64,000 nucleotides of DNA from Balanoglossus misakiensis (lineage: Eukaryota > Animalia > Hemichordata), in assembly GCA_040954595.2 (NCBI GenBank), contig CM082577.2:20806303-20870302 (forward strand), read 5' to 3'. The position numbers and the translations under genes are program-made. Shown here piece by piece: positions 62,001 to 64,000 of this stretch. The first letter of the stretch is position 1, and each line of letters starts with the position of its first letter. The notes under the pieces were generated by a model. The model saw only the letters and a list, made by a program, of their open reading frames with translations. It was not told the origin of the DNA and made no database searches.

Positions 62001-63610
62001 CGTTCAAGAAATGTGGACTGCTGGACCGGATTGGGATGTTACTCCTGACATAACTATAGAAGTAAGGGGCAACACGTGGTTCTCCGAGTTGAATGACCTG
62101 ACCAAAATCAGCAAGTTGAGCAGACGACACCCCATTAACGCCAAATCACTTTCTGCATGGGACACTTTTGGCACCGCTGGATAAAAGAGTGGCTACCCGG
62201 TTTAAACACAAGGAACCCGGAACTTTGCGTGGTAATTGGCCAATGGGTAGGATTGTTCGTGTACGGCCGGAAAAGGATGGACATGTGCGCTTGGTAGATG
62301 TACAACTGGGATTAAGCATATTGACTCGTCCTGTATTACAAAAATGTACTTTAGAATTTGATCTTAAATGATTACAATAGGAACTCTTATTTATCTGAAT
62401 TTCAATTGTTTGACATAAAGACCTTTTGTTGTTTCGATATGCTAGTAGCACATCGAGGAGGAGGAGTATGGAGAGAAGAGACGATGAATCTGTAATGACG
62501 TTATTTGCATTTGAATAATGAACTTGCCTTCTGACGATGAACCCCCCTAGCTGGACGACAAAAAGATCTGAACGTAGCATGAACGTTTTATCTAGTTGAC
62601 ACTATTCATTCATTTACTTGTTATGGCATATATAAATGTAATATATTTCAATTGTAATAGAGAGTGCATTCCGAGAGTATTAAAGTACGAGGTCTCCTTC
62701 ACTCCAATGTTTGCAAACTGATGCCTCCTACAAACAGCAGACCCTGTACACCGACCTATGCGATCTCCTTTTCCGTTGGAATTCTGATTTGATACGGTCC
62801 CACAAATACATGTGCACCCTCAGTAAAGTAATTGCCAATATTTAAGTTTTCTATTGAGAGTGTATTATAATTATTTAGAATGGAATTATATATATATGCT
62901 TATTGGTTTCTGCCTTCATATGGAGCCGCGTCATTAAGTCTCAATAAACATATCTTCGTTCGATTAGCGAATAATGAACGTTTCTACGGTTGGTGACAGC
63001 TTGACAACAATATAACAGGGTTACTTTTGTGAAAATATCATTTGATGGAACATGTGATTGTCACTTCTCTCTGCTTGTGTAGCTGTCCAATATATTCCTG
63101 GGCATTTGTCATATTTACAGCAGCTAATAGGTTTCGCCTTAAGCAAACGCCGACGATAGGCTAAACCGAATTATTCACAACTAATAGACGTTTGATACGT
63201 GTCTGGTACAAAACCAATCTTACGCTCATATTGAACGGGTATCACACAGATCGAATAAATCAAATCGTGGCAAATTGAGATAACATTAAATATTAATATT
63301 TAATTTTGAGAAAGATTTATTAAGTTTTATTAAAATCCGAAAGGTGAAGACTTGATGTTGCGGAACGTTTGACAGTAATGTTACCACGAGTGACGCCATA
63401 CCGCACTCTCCCGAGCGTACACACGCCTGTTCTGTAAAACACGGCGTTGAAAACGTTAAGTGAACCGCTTACCTTCAGTAACTCCTCGACTTTATCGAGA
63501 TCACCTTCGTTTACCGCATCGAAGAACACGTCGCCAGAATCACGAACTACTCTTTGGCCGACATCCATAACATCGACACCCAAAGCCAGCCGTATCTTTT
63601 CTTGCGCCAT
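50943..63610 (-). CDS. TRPC-like (short transient receptor potential) cation channel, spliced
   Basis: Phase-consistent GT-AG exons: 63610-63473, 55736-55589 (ankyrin TALQLAARKDHFLMVKLLLDHGA), 55082-54892 (YDALSSPSYI...DPL), 54277-54089 (FAVDLMGKCR...LAIKNNAKK), 53873-53125 (FVGDSRCQQQL...W, TM1-5, IGPTLISL), 52952-52685 (pore LLWTLFG, S6 LLNIFIAMLSNTY), 52183-52037 (EWRF, LPPPYN). The 3' exons (~51510-51477 and 51002-50943) are uncertain. Confidence 0.85.
51226..51289. mobile_element. 64-bp hairpin mini-MITE
   Basis: TAATCTCGGTTACCCGGACTCCTCT...AGAGGAGTCTGGGTAACCGAGACTA flanked by the 10-bp direct repeat TGGTAATTAT (51216-25, 51290-99). Confidence 0.75.
53007..53074. repeat. (TCA)n microsatellite, intronic
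   Basis: Direct reading. Confidence 0.95.
54329..54706. repeat. (TATG)n microsatellite, ~380 bp, intronic
   Basis: Direct reading; two small interruptions. Confidence 0.97.
56226..56775. mobile_element. ~550-bp insert in the BEL 5' LTR, Crypton-like non-autonomous element (tentative)
   Basis: Absent from the 3' LTR. ATTCTGATTGG lies near one end and a ~140-bp imperfect hairpin (56631-56772) at the other. No clear TSD; AT-rich junctions make the ends approximate. Confidence 0.55.
57758..59868 (-). mobile_element. Non-autonomous LTR element nested in BEL gag
   Basis: TGT...ACA LTRs at 57758-58292 and 59318-59868; 4-bp TSD CTAC at 57754-57 and 59869-72. On the minus strand, a PBS TGGTGTTAGAA (tRNA-Leu-like) follows the right LTR and a PPT GGAAAAGTGGGAAG precedes the left LTR. 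The ~1-kb interior has no recognisable gag/pol. Confidence 0.88.
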
Positions 63611-64000
63611 TCGGAAAGTCGGTGGACAGGAAATCTGACAAACGAAGACCGGGGTCCGGGAAACGAAAATGAATCGCTGACCTCACTTGCGTATTTACAT
63701 ATCAAAAGTCGACGTCATAAAAATTATGATGACCTCATATGCGGACACTTTAAGGTTCCATTTTAGGAAACAAACCCTTACAAAGATAAAACATATACTG
63801 ACCGTGAACCCCTCATTATGTAGGCAAATATTGGAAAACGTGCATATTGGCAAAGTCAGAAATGTATCATTCATTGTCAGTGGGCATGTGATTAGAACTT
63901 CGAAACCCTTTTTAAAATGTGAATTTTGTCCTATGTAGGGGATACAACCTACCAGAAATCATGGGTGTCATCGTTGATATAACAGAAATTTCAGACACAA

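Larger units (their letters stand above)
56054..62706 (+). mobile_element. BEL/Pao LTR retrotransposon, internally deleted, in TRP intron 1 (antisense to host)
   Basis: LTRs TGGAG...CTCCA at 56054-56841 (with insert) and 62469-62706; TSD ATGTT at 56049-53 and 62707-11; PBS TGGTAGCAGAG (tRNA-iMet type); PPT GAGGAGGAGGAG. Gag LQRVSIPVFTGD...WKAAF, LCYRCLGDDH...C, protease ALLDDAS, TPLGWTCIG, C-terminal WPMGRIV...DGHVR. Most of RT/RH/IN is missing. Confidence 0.92.

Noticed and set aside
63050-63140. Possible additional TRP ankyrin exon (AAVNMTNAQ...)
   Set aside because: Splice signals are weak, and exon 1 already joins the 55736 exon in phase to give a sensible ankyrin sequence.

Overview
Eukaryotic (metazoan, probably marine invertebrate) DNA at the right-hand edge of a 5S rDNA tandem array. 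Bases 1-23619 hold 63 head-to-tail units of about 377 bp, each a 120-nt 5S gene on the minus strand plus spacer, with visible higher-order repeats. The array border and about 3.5 kb of flank (mostly the 3' half of a dead, spliced CACTA/EnSpm-type transposon) were tandemly duplicated, and the two copies then took different insertions. Copy 1 received a Gypsy LTR element, itself carrying a Galileo/P-like foldback element, and a 5'-truncated RTEX-type LINE. Copy 2 follows a second block of 11 5S units whose last gene is split by a near-full-length Tx1/L1-clade retrotransposon inserted in the sense orientation with a 48-bp duplication of 5S nt 25-72. That Mutsu-like, possibly 5S-targeting element is the best candidate for an undescribed system here. 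The right third holds a spliced TRPC-like channel gene on the minus strand whose first intron contains a deleted BEL/Pao element with two nested inserts. Family calls come from motif recognition by eye; no database search was run.
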